A DNA stretch of 62,575 bases, filler included, from Chiloscyllium plagiosum (taxonomy: Eukaryota): the NCBI RefSeq assembly GCF_004010195.1. It is 3 parts of one record of this genome, joined end to end, with 100 filler letters (N's around TTAATTAATTAA, not from the genome) between each part and the next. Parts side by side here need not be neighbours in the genome. Positions count along the whole stretch, not along the records: positions 31,660 to 58,126 come from NC_057714.1; positions 58,227 to 62,575 come from NC_057714.1; 1 more part is not named here. One strand, written 5' to 3'. Positions 50,610 through 61,700 of the stretch are shown in pieces (the first letter of the stretch is position 1; each line of letters begins with the position of its first letter). The notes below the pieces were generated by a model. That model did no database searches, was not told where the DNA came from, and was given only the letters and a program-made list of their open reading frames with translations. The position numbers and the translations under genes were made by a program.

Positions 50610-53187
50610 ATAAGTTTGCATTAATGTTTATTTCTAATTACAATAAACAGAATATATCAGTCCCTTATTTATACAAAAATACCTGAAGTTACAGTTAAGT
50701 TCACAAGCCTTACTGCTATTTACATGAAGCAAAGCATGTTATGACTGCAGATTTTCATTTAAAATGTTAATACCTTCAAGCATTCCCTGAAAAAAAGGTT
50801 TGCTGTATTCATTTCAAAGTCATCAGTTTTTGAAAATTTAATTTGTGATAAGCAAATCCTATCACAGAAAAAAGGTGCATTGATTGGTCAAATGGTTGGT
50901 TAAATCTTCATGCAGTAAAACAGAGGAGCAGATCCATAAAAACTGAAGTGCATTATCTATTTTTAGTTTGATGAGTGAATTAGCTTGTTGTTAAATATAA
51001 ATGCACAAATCAACATAGATGTTAAAGAACCACATACATTTGGTATCTTCTGCTTAAGCCAAAGATGATACACTATATTGTAATTATTTTTCACAAGGTC
51101 AAGAAAAAAAATTAACAGGCTTCATCAACCCTGAGAGTCCCCTTTGCTGTACATTCATATCACAAATATAAAAATAAAATATCATTGGCTTCTGTATTGA
51201 CAGCCAGCTGAACCTGTTGGGCCCAGGCAAATCGAAAGGTCTGCCAGAATTTCAGTAGAGGAACTCAGTCACGCTGATAATAAGAATATAATGAATAGTA
51301 TATGCATATTATCTGCTGAACTAATGGTTAAAGCTAATTGATGAGTAACTATATTGAGTATTCAAAACCATCAGACAACACACTTTATCATAAGGCATCC
51401 TAAACACCTTTCCACCCTCTAAATTTAAATATAATTTACATTCATAAATATGCAAAACGATGCAATACTGATTGAAAATTCTGGCTCGTGTTTACAGATA
51501 AAGTATCTGCAGCCCAGTTTCAAAATGCTCAATATTTTTTCAAGGTCATCATTTTTGGAACCAGTGATATTTTATTAAATTTAAATGCCTTTCAGGCCAG
51601 CATTGGTTGTGTGAAGCAGTTTATGCAAGTTACCACAAAAACATGCATGTATATTATTGTGTGGCATTACATTAGGCAACCTTTTCTTTGAAAGGGGCAC
51701 TTGAGACAAATAAACCAAGTAGATAAAAATTAAATTAACTTACTTGTAATAAGGGCAAATGTACATTGCCCTTAAACTCAATCAAGCCTTGCTTTCAATA
51801 AATTGATCGGTTTTGAAAATGAATATGACAAATACTAACTGAAACTGCAATATGTAAACTATAGTGTCTACTTCTACGCATTAAGATGCAGTTGCCTCAA
51901 TATTGCATTTGAACACCAAGTTTGGTAGTTTTACAACACTACCATCTGAAATGCCTGAATTCTCAAAAATATAAGATACCTATTTTAAGAACAGACTTAG
52001 TACATTTTGAAAACATTTGTTTTCTAGTGCTCCTGTGCAATCTAAATACAGTAATATTTATTGCTGTGGGCTAATGAAAGGTCACTGATCTGTACGAATA
52101 GATCTTGATTACCAGGGCTAGACAACTCTCTAGCACATAAAACACTTGTTCCACAATAACACAATAATTCCATGCGTGGTTAAACAGTAAATCCTCAAGA
52201 GCAGAAAGAGTATTTAGTACTGAAGAGCAAGTTCTCCAGAATCAAGATTAAATCTGAAAATTTATCAAAGATCTGGGTCAAAACAAGAGTGTTGCCTTTA
52301 ATTTTCATTTTGAATAAACTGCATGTTGCCAGTCACCCATTTTACACCCCACCTAATTTCCAACTCCACTGAAGTCAATGAAGGGTACATAACAGACAAC
52401 CAAACAGCAACCGTCATTTCCCAATTCCACTCTTCTGGTGTGCAAATCCATCACTGTGAGATTTGGATATGTTTCAGCTTTTCAGTTATCTCCAGAAAGT
52501 ACTTAAAATGGATTTAACTTCAATGCATTATTATTTCAAAACTTGATTGAAATGCACTATTGCACAGCAGTAAAATTGGTTGGATCTGTATTCTTGATTG
52601 ACCTGTTATTTGATGAGAGCTATTTTAACTTCCAAAAGCAGTAGTCATTATGATTTCTCATATTCTTTGATGATGTCTACATTTGAACATTTCTTAGAAA
52701 GCTGCATTCAGAAAACAGTAAGTGCTGCAGGAAATGAAACATCTCTTCAGCAATATGATGTCTATTATGTTTTTCCTTTTTTTTTGAATGAGCACGAGTT
52801 GCCCATTTTTAAAAAAATACGTCAATTCTCTTCAATTAAAATACATTATCAAGATTACTCCAGAGCAGGTGCTTATAGTCAAGTTTTACTGTAACAAAAA
52901 TGAATCCGTCATGTTTTTGCAGTTCATCTTGAAGATCATTTTCAGTTTCTACAAAGTGACAATTGAAACTTCCAAATACTTAATTGCTCAGCCCATCTTT
53001 TCTTCTGTATTACCACATATTGTGTGAACAAGTAGTATTATCTCAATTTATGTTTTTATTGAATTTCACAGTTCTTTCAAATGAACGCAGTTCAGTTTCT
53101 CCAAAAGACTCCAGAGTTGATGCAGAGAATCAGGTAGCAATTCAAGTCTGTTAGAGTTAATTCAAATCAGTAAACAACAATCAACAG
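50610..53187 (-). other. GRB10: Probable GRB10 3'UTR (~2.6 kb)
   Basis: AT-rich sequence with no recognisable transposon fragments, directly downstream of the GRB10 stop and ending at a minus-strand AATAAA. The end point is inferred. Confidence 0.6.
50627..50632 (-). promoter_or_regulatory. Candidate distal polyadenylation signal of GRB10
   Basis: Plus-strand TTTATT reads AATAAA on the minus strand, with U/GU-rich sequence further downstream. More proximal AATAAA hexamers occur at 53055, 52057 and 51571. Confidence 0.5.
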
Positions 53188-53334
53188 TTATAAGGAAATC
53201 TGGGAACAGTAATGCTTTAGTTTGCAAGGAAGGATTCCTCGGTTCAATTGATAAAATTCAACAAGCTGGATAAGATCAGTAAATTTGGTATTCCCATCAT
53301 CAAGACTGAAGACAAGCTGTCCATTATCTTCACA
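53188..53334 (-). CDS. GRB10: Growth factor receptor-bound protein 10, last coding exon (C-terminal half of the SH2 domain plus stop)
   Basis: Minus strand tcttttttccccctAG|tgt gaa gat...tta TAA, encoding [48 protein letters not shown] (48 aa). Human GRB10 is [48 protein letters not shown]. Proximity to DDC supports GRB10 over GRB7/GRB14. Missing from the ORF track. Confidence 0.93.
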   Translation of the reverse strand, partial: CEDNGQLVFSLDDGNTKFTDLIQLVEFYQLNRGILPCKLKHYCSQISL

Positions 53335-53719
53335 CTAGGGGGAAAAAAGATCAAAAGATACAACATTAATTGCAGAAAACTATAAATGTTTAAAACTGAA
53401 ACCATACACATGTAGCCACTCTGGTTAAAAGATAGACATGCATTTTATTTGTTACAAGAGATTACTTTAATCCTGACAGAAGGTATTTATTAGTAGACTC
53501 TTATTAAATGTTTCAGTGTTCCACTACATGTGAAAACTCTGCACACTGTTTCATAACATGTCAAATTAGTTTAACTTTCTCAATAAGATTTTACAATAAA
53601 TTAGCATAATCTTTGCTCAAGCATGACTATACATCATAATTTGCAGCTGAATTCCTGAAGGTAGCGAATAAATACATTACAATATTAACAGTACAAGTCC
53701 TCACCTCATCATCCCTAGC

Positions 53720-54420
53720 TTCTTGGGAGAATGAAAGGACATTTATACACCTCAGGCTTCAGGGCCTCCCCAGGCAAAAGCAGAATGAATCAAATTTCAA
53801 ACTCCTGTCTATCCACTAATCACTCAACACTACCCACAACAGAAATCAGCAATGTGAACTTTTGAGGCTCAAAATATGATTACTGGGTAATGGCCAAAAG
53901 TCACACCTCTTGTAATTTTAAAGCTGACAAAATTAATTCATATCCCAAGCTCCATTCATGATAGAAATTGCTTTCTGCATGAGGTCAAGACTTAATTGAA
54001 GATGAAGAACTCATCCTTTATGGTCCTACTTACCTAAGACTGTACATGGACATCCATCTACCCTTTCTTGCAAATAAACAGCCACCCATTACAATCATTT
54101 TTCATCTCCAAATACATCATCATTCATTCACCTCATTGGGGGGGGTGCGGGGAATGGGAGAAAGAAATTTGAACAATCAAATACGACTGCTGGAAAGAAT
54201 TCAACATCCTCATGTCAACAGGGATACTGAGGACTTACGAAAAAAAGTTAGCAAATCAACTATAAATGCTTGCTGGAAAAATGTTTGGCTTGAGGCTGTG
54301 AATGATTTCACAGGGTTTCCCAATGTGGATGCTGACGTAGATATGATTATTGAGTTGGCAAAACAAGTTGGAGAGGACGGATTTGAAGACTCTGTCACAG
54401 ACAAAGTAAAGGTATAGTCC
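53720..54420 (+). mobile_element. Tigger/pogo (Tc1/mariner superfamily) transposase remnant in the last GRB10 intron
   Basis: NCFLHEVKT*LKMKNSSFMVLLT*D resembles the DDE_1 core. STINACWKNVWLEAVNDFTGFP...AKQVGEDGFED resembles the Tigger C-terminus. Confidence 0.75.
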
Positions 54421-54634
54421 CAGATGTCAAGAAAAATTCACAAGAATGGTGGAAATATTAAATCAAGGAAATGCAAAGATGAGGGGGAAAAAAGGACAAG
54501 GCTAAGGCAGCTCAATTCACAGCTAATATAATGCCAGACCTAATAAAAGGGAAAGTTGCCACAGCCTTACCAGATCATCGTGCTTCTCTGACATTAAAGA
54601 GAGCTGACTTGTGATGGCTTTACCTGAGGGTCAC

Positions 54635-55309
54635 TGTGACAATGTGACTCCTTGAACATGGTTATGTTGTCCTTGGTTTTTTCCAGAGAGATGTACATAC
54701 AGAGTTTCCGGGGTGTCTGGTTTGGATGGATTTTTGGGCCAATTAGATTATAGCTAACAGATACTGCCTCAGGAAAAAAGGCTTTCAAGTTAAAAATAAC
54801 TTGCAAAATGAAATGGGAGTGGCGAGTTCTCCCAGCTCAGCTTTTCTCTGGTTTGGTTAGGCTTAGGTTTTAGCAGTCTGGCTGTTCAGAGCTACTGATC
54901 AGTTGTTAGCTAGAAATCCAAAAGAAACAGCTACATGGAAGAAGGTGTTCCATGCTGAATCTCTCGGTCATCGCTTGCTCTCTCTCTCTCTCTCTCCTGT
55001 GAGACCGTGTTTGATTTTACCTTTTTGGGCACGGGGTATTTATGGGGATTGTTGCAGGAATTTGGAACATCATAATTAAGTTGGGGTAGTCTGTTGGGTT
55101 TTTGGATATGTTGTTATTCTATATTCTCTTCTGTTTATGTTTCATTTAGTACTCTGTAAATAAATTCTGTTTTGTTTAAAACAGAGGGGCTTTGACCAAC
55201 AGCATCACTCCTGGAATATCCACTGTTCACCGCTCAAAACAACAAGAAAAGTTAGTGTCTGGGCTACCTCCTTGAAATGTTTTGAGGAGGTCTGACCTGG
55301 TCCATAACA
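54635..55309 (+). mobile_element. 5' LTR of a Gmr1-like Gypsy element
   Basis: TGTGACAATG...GGTCCATAACA followed by aattgggg (decayed PBS-like) and a gag-like coiled-coil region. Confidence 0.8.
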
Positions 55310-57930
55310 AATTGGGGATTTCTTTCATAGTTCCAATTTGGGATTAGGATTACTGGACCTGAAGGCAGCGGGTGGTAGGTGTCAGTGTCTTTTGTTCTGG
55401 TGTTGATCTTGGTTGGTTTGAACAGTGCTTGGAATAGCAATGGCTATTTCAGTCACAGAGTTTTTTTGGGCATGGAAGAAGTGACTCTGGAGATTGACAA
55501 TTTGGAATTGGAGCTGCCTCTTTCTGTGAGGAGAGATAATTACAGCAAAAGTTCAGCATTTAAATTTGCTGAAAATGCCATCAGAATCTTTGGAGATGGC
55601 TAAAATTCAATTGAAAATGAAGTAGCTGGAGTCAGAGGCAAACAAAAAAGGAAAGGGCAAAAGAAATGAGACTGTTTTAATTACGATTAAAAGCAGAGGA
55701 AAGAGAAAAAGAATGAATCACTTTATCAGAACAAAAAGAAAAAGAGAGAGAGAGAGGAAAGACAGAAAAGGAGAGGGGGGGGGGGAGGGAGAGTTTAAAC
55801 TTCAGAAATTGGCACTTAGACAGGAAAGTCAGCTTAAAAAGATGGAGTTGAAGGCTGAAGTCAAACTTAGTGAGCAAGAGCAGAGAGTTAAAATGACAAA
55901 ATTAGCAGCTGAAATGGCTGACAATTATGAGTTGGTTCATAAATTAAAATGAGGAAAAAAGAAATCCTCATGTGGAAAGGAAAGGGTATATCTTGGTGAA
56001 AATCATAAGAATAACTTAGCACAGGGTAAAATCACAGTTGGCGAGTTAGAAAAAGCACTCTGAAGCCAGATGTGGGAAAACAGTATAAGCCAGTGAATTT
56101 TGTTGGAGTGGTAATGGAAACACAGTGGAGGCCAGAAAGCTGCACCAGAATGTCCAACCTGGTCGGAGGTTGGTTAAGGAGGAAGTGCCAGATCTTCTTA
56201 AACCTGCACAGGTACAGTTTACTCACAACAGCTAAAGAGGTTACAATATTAGGAGAGTTGAAAAATGTGGTGCTGGAAAAACACAGCAGGCCAGGCAGTA
56301 TCCGAGGAGCAGGAGAATCGACGTTTTGGACATAAGCCCTTCTTCAGGAATGGGGATTGTTGCAGGAATTTGGAACATCACCATTAAGGTGGGGTGGTCT
56401 GTTGGGTTTTTGGATAGGTTAAGTTACGCCCAAAACGTCAATTCTCCTGCTCCTCAGATGCTGCCCGGCCTGCTGTGTTTTTCCAACACCACATTTTTCA
56501 ACTCTGCAGATGTCTCCAGCATCTGCAGTCCTCACTTTTTCCACAATATTAGGAGACACAGAATCCTCTTAATCTGTGATGTTGATTGATGAGGAGAGAT
56601 GCACCTCCAAAGGACAATTGCCAGAAAAAGTGCTAGTAATTGGAATTAATGGTCAGGCAAGAAGTGCTCAATTATGTAAAACACTCAGCTCCAGGAATAT
56701 AATTTGCCATTGCTAATGATACAGCTAGTTCATAGGTAAGAGTGCTGCCTACTGTGACTGAAAAGCCAATGGAAACCCAGGCAACTAAAATATAAAAAGA
56801 CAAATATCTTGGGACTTTTCCTGACTGCGTGGTAACGAGGTCACAAAGTCCCCTGTTGAAACAGGAGAGATCAGAGAGTTCAGACAAGAAAGGTGAAGTG
56901 GAATTAGCAAATACTCTATTTGATCAAATGGTTGACAGAAAACTAACAAATTGATGACAAATTGAACATCGTTAGTTCAGGGAAATTAACTGTGTTTCAG
57001 CAGAAAGAGGAGACGCTAAAGCAATTGTATTGACAGGCACACACGGAAAAAGAATCCAAATGTATCCTTGTGTGCAATCTTAAAAATGATGTGTTAATGA
57101 GGAAATAGAGATCATCATATTCAGGCAGATGAGAAATGGGTAGACGTTCAGCAAGCCCTGTTGCCAATGGTTTATAGAAAGGTGGTGTTGCGGGTAGCAC
57201 ATTAACAACAAGTAGGGGTTCATTTACGGGTAAGTAAACCTCAAGCTAAAATACAAAAACATTTTTATTGGCTTGGACTGCAGAAGGATGAATTGAATTT
57301 TGCCAGACATGTCTTACATGTTAGATAATTGGAAAAGCACAAGCAGTAATAAAACCTGCACATTTAATATTCCTACTTTGAGGAACCTTTTACAAGTCTT
57401 AATAGATTGAGGAGGACTCCTACCTAAAACAAAAAGACAGAATCAGTATTTGTTAACAATAATGGATGTGTCCACGAGATTTCGAGAGGCCATTCCATTA
57501 TGCAATATCACCACTGAAAGGATTGTATGGCAGTTACTCAAACTTTTCTCTCGATATGGACGACTCTCAGATATACAATCTGATCAAGGGTCAAACTTTA
57601 TCTCAAAATTATTCAAGGAAGTTATGGACAGCTTAGGAATAAAACAATTCAAATCTACTGCACACCAACCAGAATCACAGTGAGCAATAGAAAGACGGCA
57701 TCAGACATTAAATACCATGTTGAGGGCTTATAGTCAAGACTATCCAGATGATTGGGATAAGGGATGCACCAAATGAATCAGCCAAATTCAGTCCATTTGA
57801 ATTAGTTTTTGGGTTTGGGCATGAAGTGAGAGGACTGCTAAAATTGATAAGGAGAAAGTATTACATCATAACCTAAATACGTGGTCTCTGAATTATGTGT
57901 CAGATTTTAGGGAATGATTAAATAGTGCAG
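55310..57930 (+). mobile_element. Degenerate Gmr1-like Gypsy internal region (gag, protease, integrase)
   Basis: TILGDTESS protease motif at ~56543, then KIQKHFYW and CQTCLTC, then LTIMDVSTRF...SDQGSNF...HQPESQ. No RT lies between protease and integrase. Homologous to the element at 3849-5930. Confidence 0.85.
56257..56542 (+). mobile_element. Fold-back Penelope pLTR cassette carrying a captured LTR fragment
   Basis: 14-bp TSD acaatattaggaga (56243-56256 and 56543-56556), ~78-bp inverted arms, and a loop matching 55042-55116. Confidence 0.85.
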
Positions 57931-57934
57931 TGAG

Positions 57935-58126
57935 CGCTGGGGGATCCAAGATGGCGGCAACCCAGCAAGACTGAGTCTATAGTGCTCCTCCCAAGGCTTG
58001 GGTACAGTGGGTCACCCACCCCCTACCACGCTCACCAAATCATTTATAATAGTTGTGTAATTTAATTAGTTGTGTAATATTACATTTAAACAATTTAATC
58101 CTAAGTAAAAATGACTAAAGGGAAGG
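57935..58126 (+). mobile_element. Probable 5' end of an L1-like LINE, cut by the spacer
   Basis: Starts gggggatcCAAGATGGCGgc (YY1-type LINE 5' motif) and abruptly replaces the Gypsy sequence. An ATG (atgactaaaggg) lies just before the gap. Confidence 0.45.
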
Positions 58127-58226
58127 NNNNNNNNNNNNNNNNNNNNNNNNNNNNNNNNNNNNNNNNNNNNTTAATTAATTAANNNNNNNNNNNNNNNNNN
58201 NNNNNNNNNNNNNNNNNNNNNNNNNN
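58127..58226. other. Artificial scaffold spacer N44-TTAATTAATTAA-N44
   Basis: Identical 100-bp structure to 31560-31659, with unrelated flanks. Confidence 0.95.
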
Positions 58227-58770
58227 AGATCTCCTGAGGTGATGAGGTTATGGATGGTCTGGGAGATGTTGGTTTGGTGGTGGGAGGTGGGGTCATGGTC
58301 AAGGGGGCAGTAGGAGGAGGTATCTGCGAGCTGGCGTTTGTCCTCAGCGGTGTAAAGGTCAGTGCGCTAAACTACTACCGCGCCTCCCTTGTCTGCCGGT
58401 TGGATAGTGAGGTTGGGGTTGGAACAGAGGGAGTGGAGGGCTGCACGTTCCGAGGGTGAGAGGTTGGAGTAGGTGAGAGGGGTGGAGAGGTTGAGGCGGT
58501 TAATGTCGTGGCAGCAACTGGCTATGAAGAGATCGAGGGCAGGTAAGGGGCCAGCACGGGGTGTCCAGGTGGATGGGGTGTGTTGGAGGCGGGAGAAGGG
58601 GTCGTCAGAGGGTGGGCGAGAGTCTTGGTTGAAGAAGTAGGCGCGGAGGCGAAGGCGGCGGAAGAACTGTTCGATGTCTCGTCGCGTGTTGAACTCGTTA
58701 GTCCGAGAGCGTAGGGGAATGAAGGTGAGGCCTCTGCTGAGGACTGATCTTTCATCCTCAGAGAGGGTAG
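58227..58770 (-). mobile_element. Young Penelope-like element, N-terminal RT region
   Basis: LSEDERSVLSRGLTFIP...FFRRLRLRAYF...SNLSPSERAALHSL...IQPADKGGAVVV. CpG-rich. Confidence 0.9.
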
Positions 58771-60402
58771 TTCTAACACTGATTGATTTAATAGCCAACA
58801 GGATGAGGGAATTTGTATTGATTTAATCAAAAGAAGGACTTATAGTTGTTCTCAAAAGCACGAAATGCCAAAGTTTTATCATTCCTTCTGTTGCTTAAAT
58901 GACAGTTTCTTGAAAAAAAATAAAGCAACATAATTGATTACTGAGATGAACTGTTTTGTTCACGTGAGCTGTGCAGTTGACATTAAGTTTTCATTATGTT
59001 TTCTAAGTGCTATACTCAAGTCACGAGTGCAATCGACAAGTTGAGATCAAAATGATTCATTAAATCATTCAATACTACTGCTTATATTCTCTCAATCTGT
59101 CCATAAACTAAGAAGAGGGCAATTAAAAGTTTCAAATTTAAATGTGATTGCTAAATCATGTATTCTATCGCCATGAAGAAAACTTCTTAATTATTTGTTA
59201 TAGAGTTCTGGAAAGAATGGTTATGAACAGGATGAGTTAATATAAATTAAACAAGTTACGCCACCTGGCATAATATTACTACATTGTTTGATAATAAAAT
59301 GAAGTTGCAAAACTGAGACTTAAAGAATGATTTTCCCAGTTCTTAATGTAAAGGGATACGGCCGTTTGGTTATATTAAGAAAGAAAATATTTTCATAGAT
59401 AAACATTTCTCAGTGGTGAATGACTCAACTGCTTTGGACAACTCAACAGTAGAAATGCTCATCAATGTGTGTTATTTATGGAACCACTATTTAAGTAAAA
59501 TGTATTTAAAAGGAAACTTGAAAAACACACAAGGGAGAGTGGAGGGGTTCTTGCACTGCCTGGACACAAATCTTGATTCAAATCCCACCTGCCTGAGTTG
59601 TATCATAACAACTCTGAACTGGTTGATTAAAACTGTGATAAGAATGAAGTTATGGTGATCATTTAAATAAGTAACAATGGGAGGAGACTTGAGTGGAGCA
59701 TAAAGATTAACAGGGACCAGTTGGACTGAATGGCCTATGTAAAAGTTATTGTTTTAAACCTTTCTTAGATTGTAGATTCAGAAAAAAGAAACAACTGCCA
59801 CTGGATGAGTACATTACTTGCAATGTTTGGATACAGAATGACATAAATGTGTCATTTGTGATTGTGGTTATAAGTGACAAATGTTTTAAATTACCATCTT
59901 CAAAATCTGGTCACAATGTGAAATAGAATACGGGCTCATGCCTGGAAACTGCAGTTGACACTGATAGGTTATACTCCTCTTATTTGCCAGCAATAATGCA
60001 TATAGGTGAAATGTGTTATGACAAATAGCAAGGTAGCTCTCACCATGATAAACAAAACAAAATAAATTAAAATGCACATAATTTGAAATTAAATTAGCAG
60101 CTAACAACAACAAAAGAATTTTGTCGCACAATGGAAAGATCCCTACTCTTGGCCTGAAGGTTCAGGATCTATTTCATCTGCCACAACATGTCAAAATATG
60201 TCTGATCAGTTTGTGCTTTTTTAAAAATCAATTATCATAATAAAGCAGGAGGAGGAAGTGAAAACCGTACTTTAAATATAAAGCTCTAAAGTTGTGATCA
60301 AGTAGGGTTCAATCTTGCAAAAGGGCAGAGGAATATTTAAGTCAACTGATATTTATATAAAATTTTCAATGTAACAAAAGACCGCAAGGCATTTCACGTG
60401 AA

Positions 60403-60794
60403 TTTTGAGAAGATTTGTAGTTCAGGTTGAGTTTCTGGATGTAAGCCGGCTCACTGAGCTGGAAAGTATGTTTTCAGACATTTCATCACCATAGGAGGTA
60501 ACATCACCAGTCAGCCTCTGGTGAAGCACTGGTGCTATGACCCACTTTTGATTTCTATGTTTAGGTTTCCTTGGGTTGGTGATGTCATTTCCTGTTCTTT
60601 TTTTCATAGTGGTAAATGGTTTAAAACTGAGAAAAAGAGCAGAAAATGACATCACCAACTCAAGGAAACCTAAACACAAAGACAAAGCAGGTCATAAAAC
60701 CAGTACTTCACCGGAGGCTCACTGACTATGTTACTGAGCATTGTGATGAAACGTCTGAAAACAAACCTTCCAGCTCAGCAAGCAAACTTACATC
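60403..60794 (-). mobile_element. Fold-back mini-element of a third Penelope-type family, inserted in an L2 3' end
   Basis: ~160-bp inverted arms and a 13-bp TSD catttcac(g/a)tgaa at 60390-60402 and 60795-60807. The host L2-like sequence spans ~60340-61100. Confidence 0.75.
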
Positions 60795-61239
60795 CATTTC
60801 ACATGAACGTCATAACTGAGTATTTAATTGAGCCACATAAGCAGATTTTGTCAGATTTGATGTCAGCCAAAAGCTTGGTCACAACAGTAGGTTTTCAAGG
60901 AATGTCTTAAAGCAAGAAAGCAAGTTGGAGAGGTGTAGATCGGATACTTCCGAGCTTGGACCTAGTCAACAGAAGCTGTGGCCCACCACTGCCAGAGTGG
61001 ACTGTATCGGGGATGTATAAGAGGTCGGAATTAGAGGAGCGTGGACAGCTTGTGTTCTGCAAGAGATTACAGAGAAAGGGAAAGGGCAAGGTCATGGACA
61101 GACTTTCCATCAAACATGTTTTACACCACAATTCAAATGACAAATGCAAATATGCAAATGATTTTGCATTCCCACAGGTCACTACAGAAATACATGATAA
61201 GAGATTTCAGTGACGAATCACTCTAAATTTCTGACAGCT

Positions 61240-61700
61240 GGATATTTTATTGCCAAAACTAGGAAAGTCAGATGATCTTGAGAATTACAGGCCCATTTTA
61301 CAACACTGCATAACCAAAAAGTTCCTACAGAGGTTCACTCTTGTCAGAATCTACCCAGTTACCAACTCATCTCTCCTGCAGCAGCAGGCTGGCTTTAAAT
61401 CTCAGAGCTGTTGTGAACAAGCCTTCACCATCATCGCAAATACAGAGGCTGGTTTTCACAAGCTCAAGAGTGGAGCCACTTCCAGAACTTTTCCTCAGCA
61501 TATTACACAGCGTTAAAACATGAACTGATGTTCAAATTACTGTTCCTGCTGCCATGTGCCGGACTATTCCAACTGATACTGATATTTCTGAGCAGCAGAA
61601 GGACAAAGATCTACCTATGACAGTGTCAGTACTCCAAGAACACACAATGATGTACCTCAGAGCAATATCTTGGCAATGAAACTTTTAAAACATCTGTATA
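61240..61700 (+). mobile_element. Degenerate non-LTR RT fragment, Ingi/Vingi-like
   Basis: LPKLGKSDDLENYRPI...LVRIYPV...LLQQQAGFKSQSCCEQ...IANTEAGFHKLKSGA, then KHELMFKLLFLLPC. The clade assignment is from memory of motif spacing. Confidence 0.5.

Noticed and set aside
53188..53334. GRB14 or GRB7 identity
   Set aside because: [18 protein letters not shown] is GRB10-like and DDC is adjacent. A tree would be needed for certainty.
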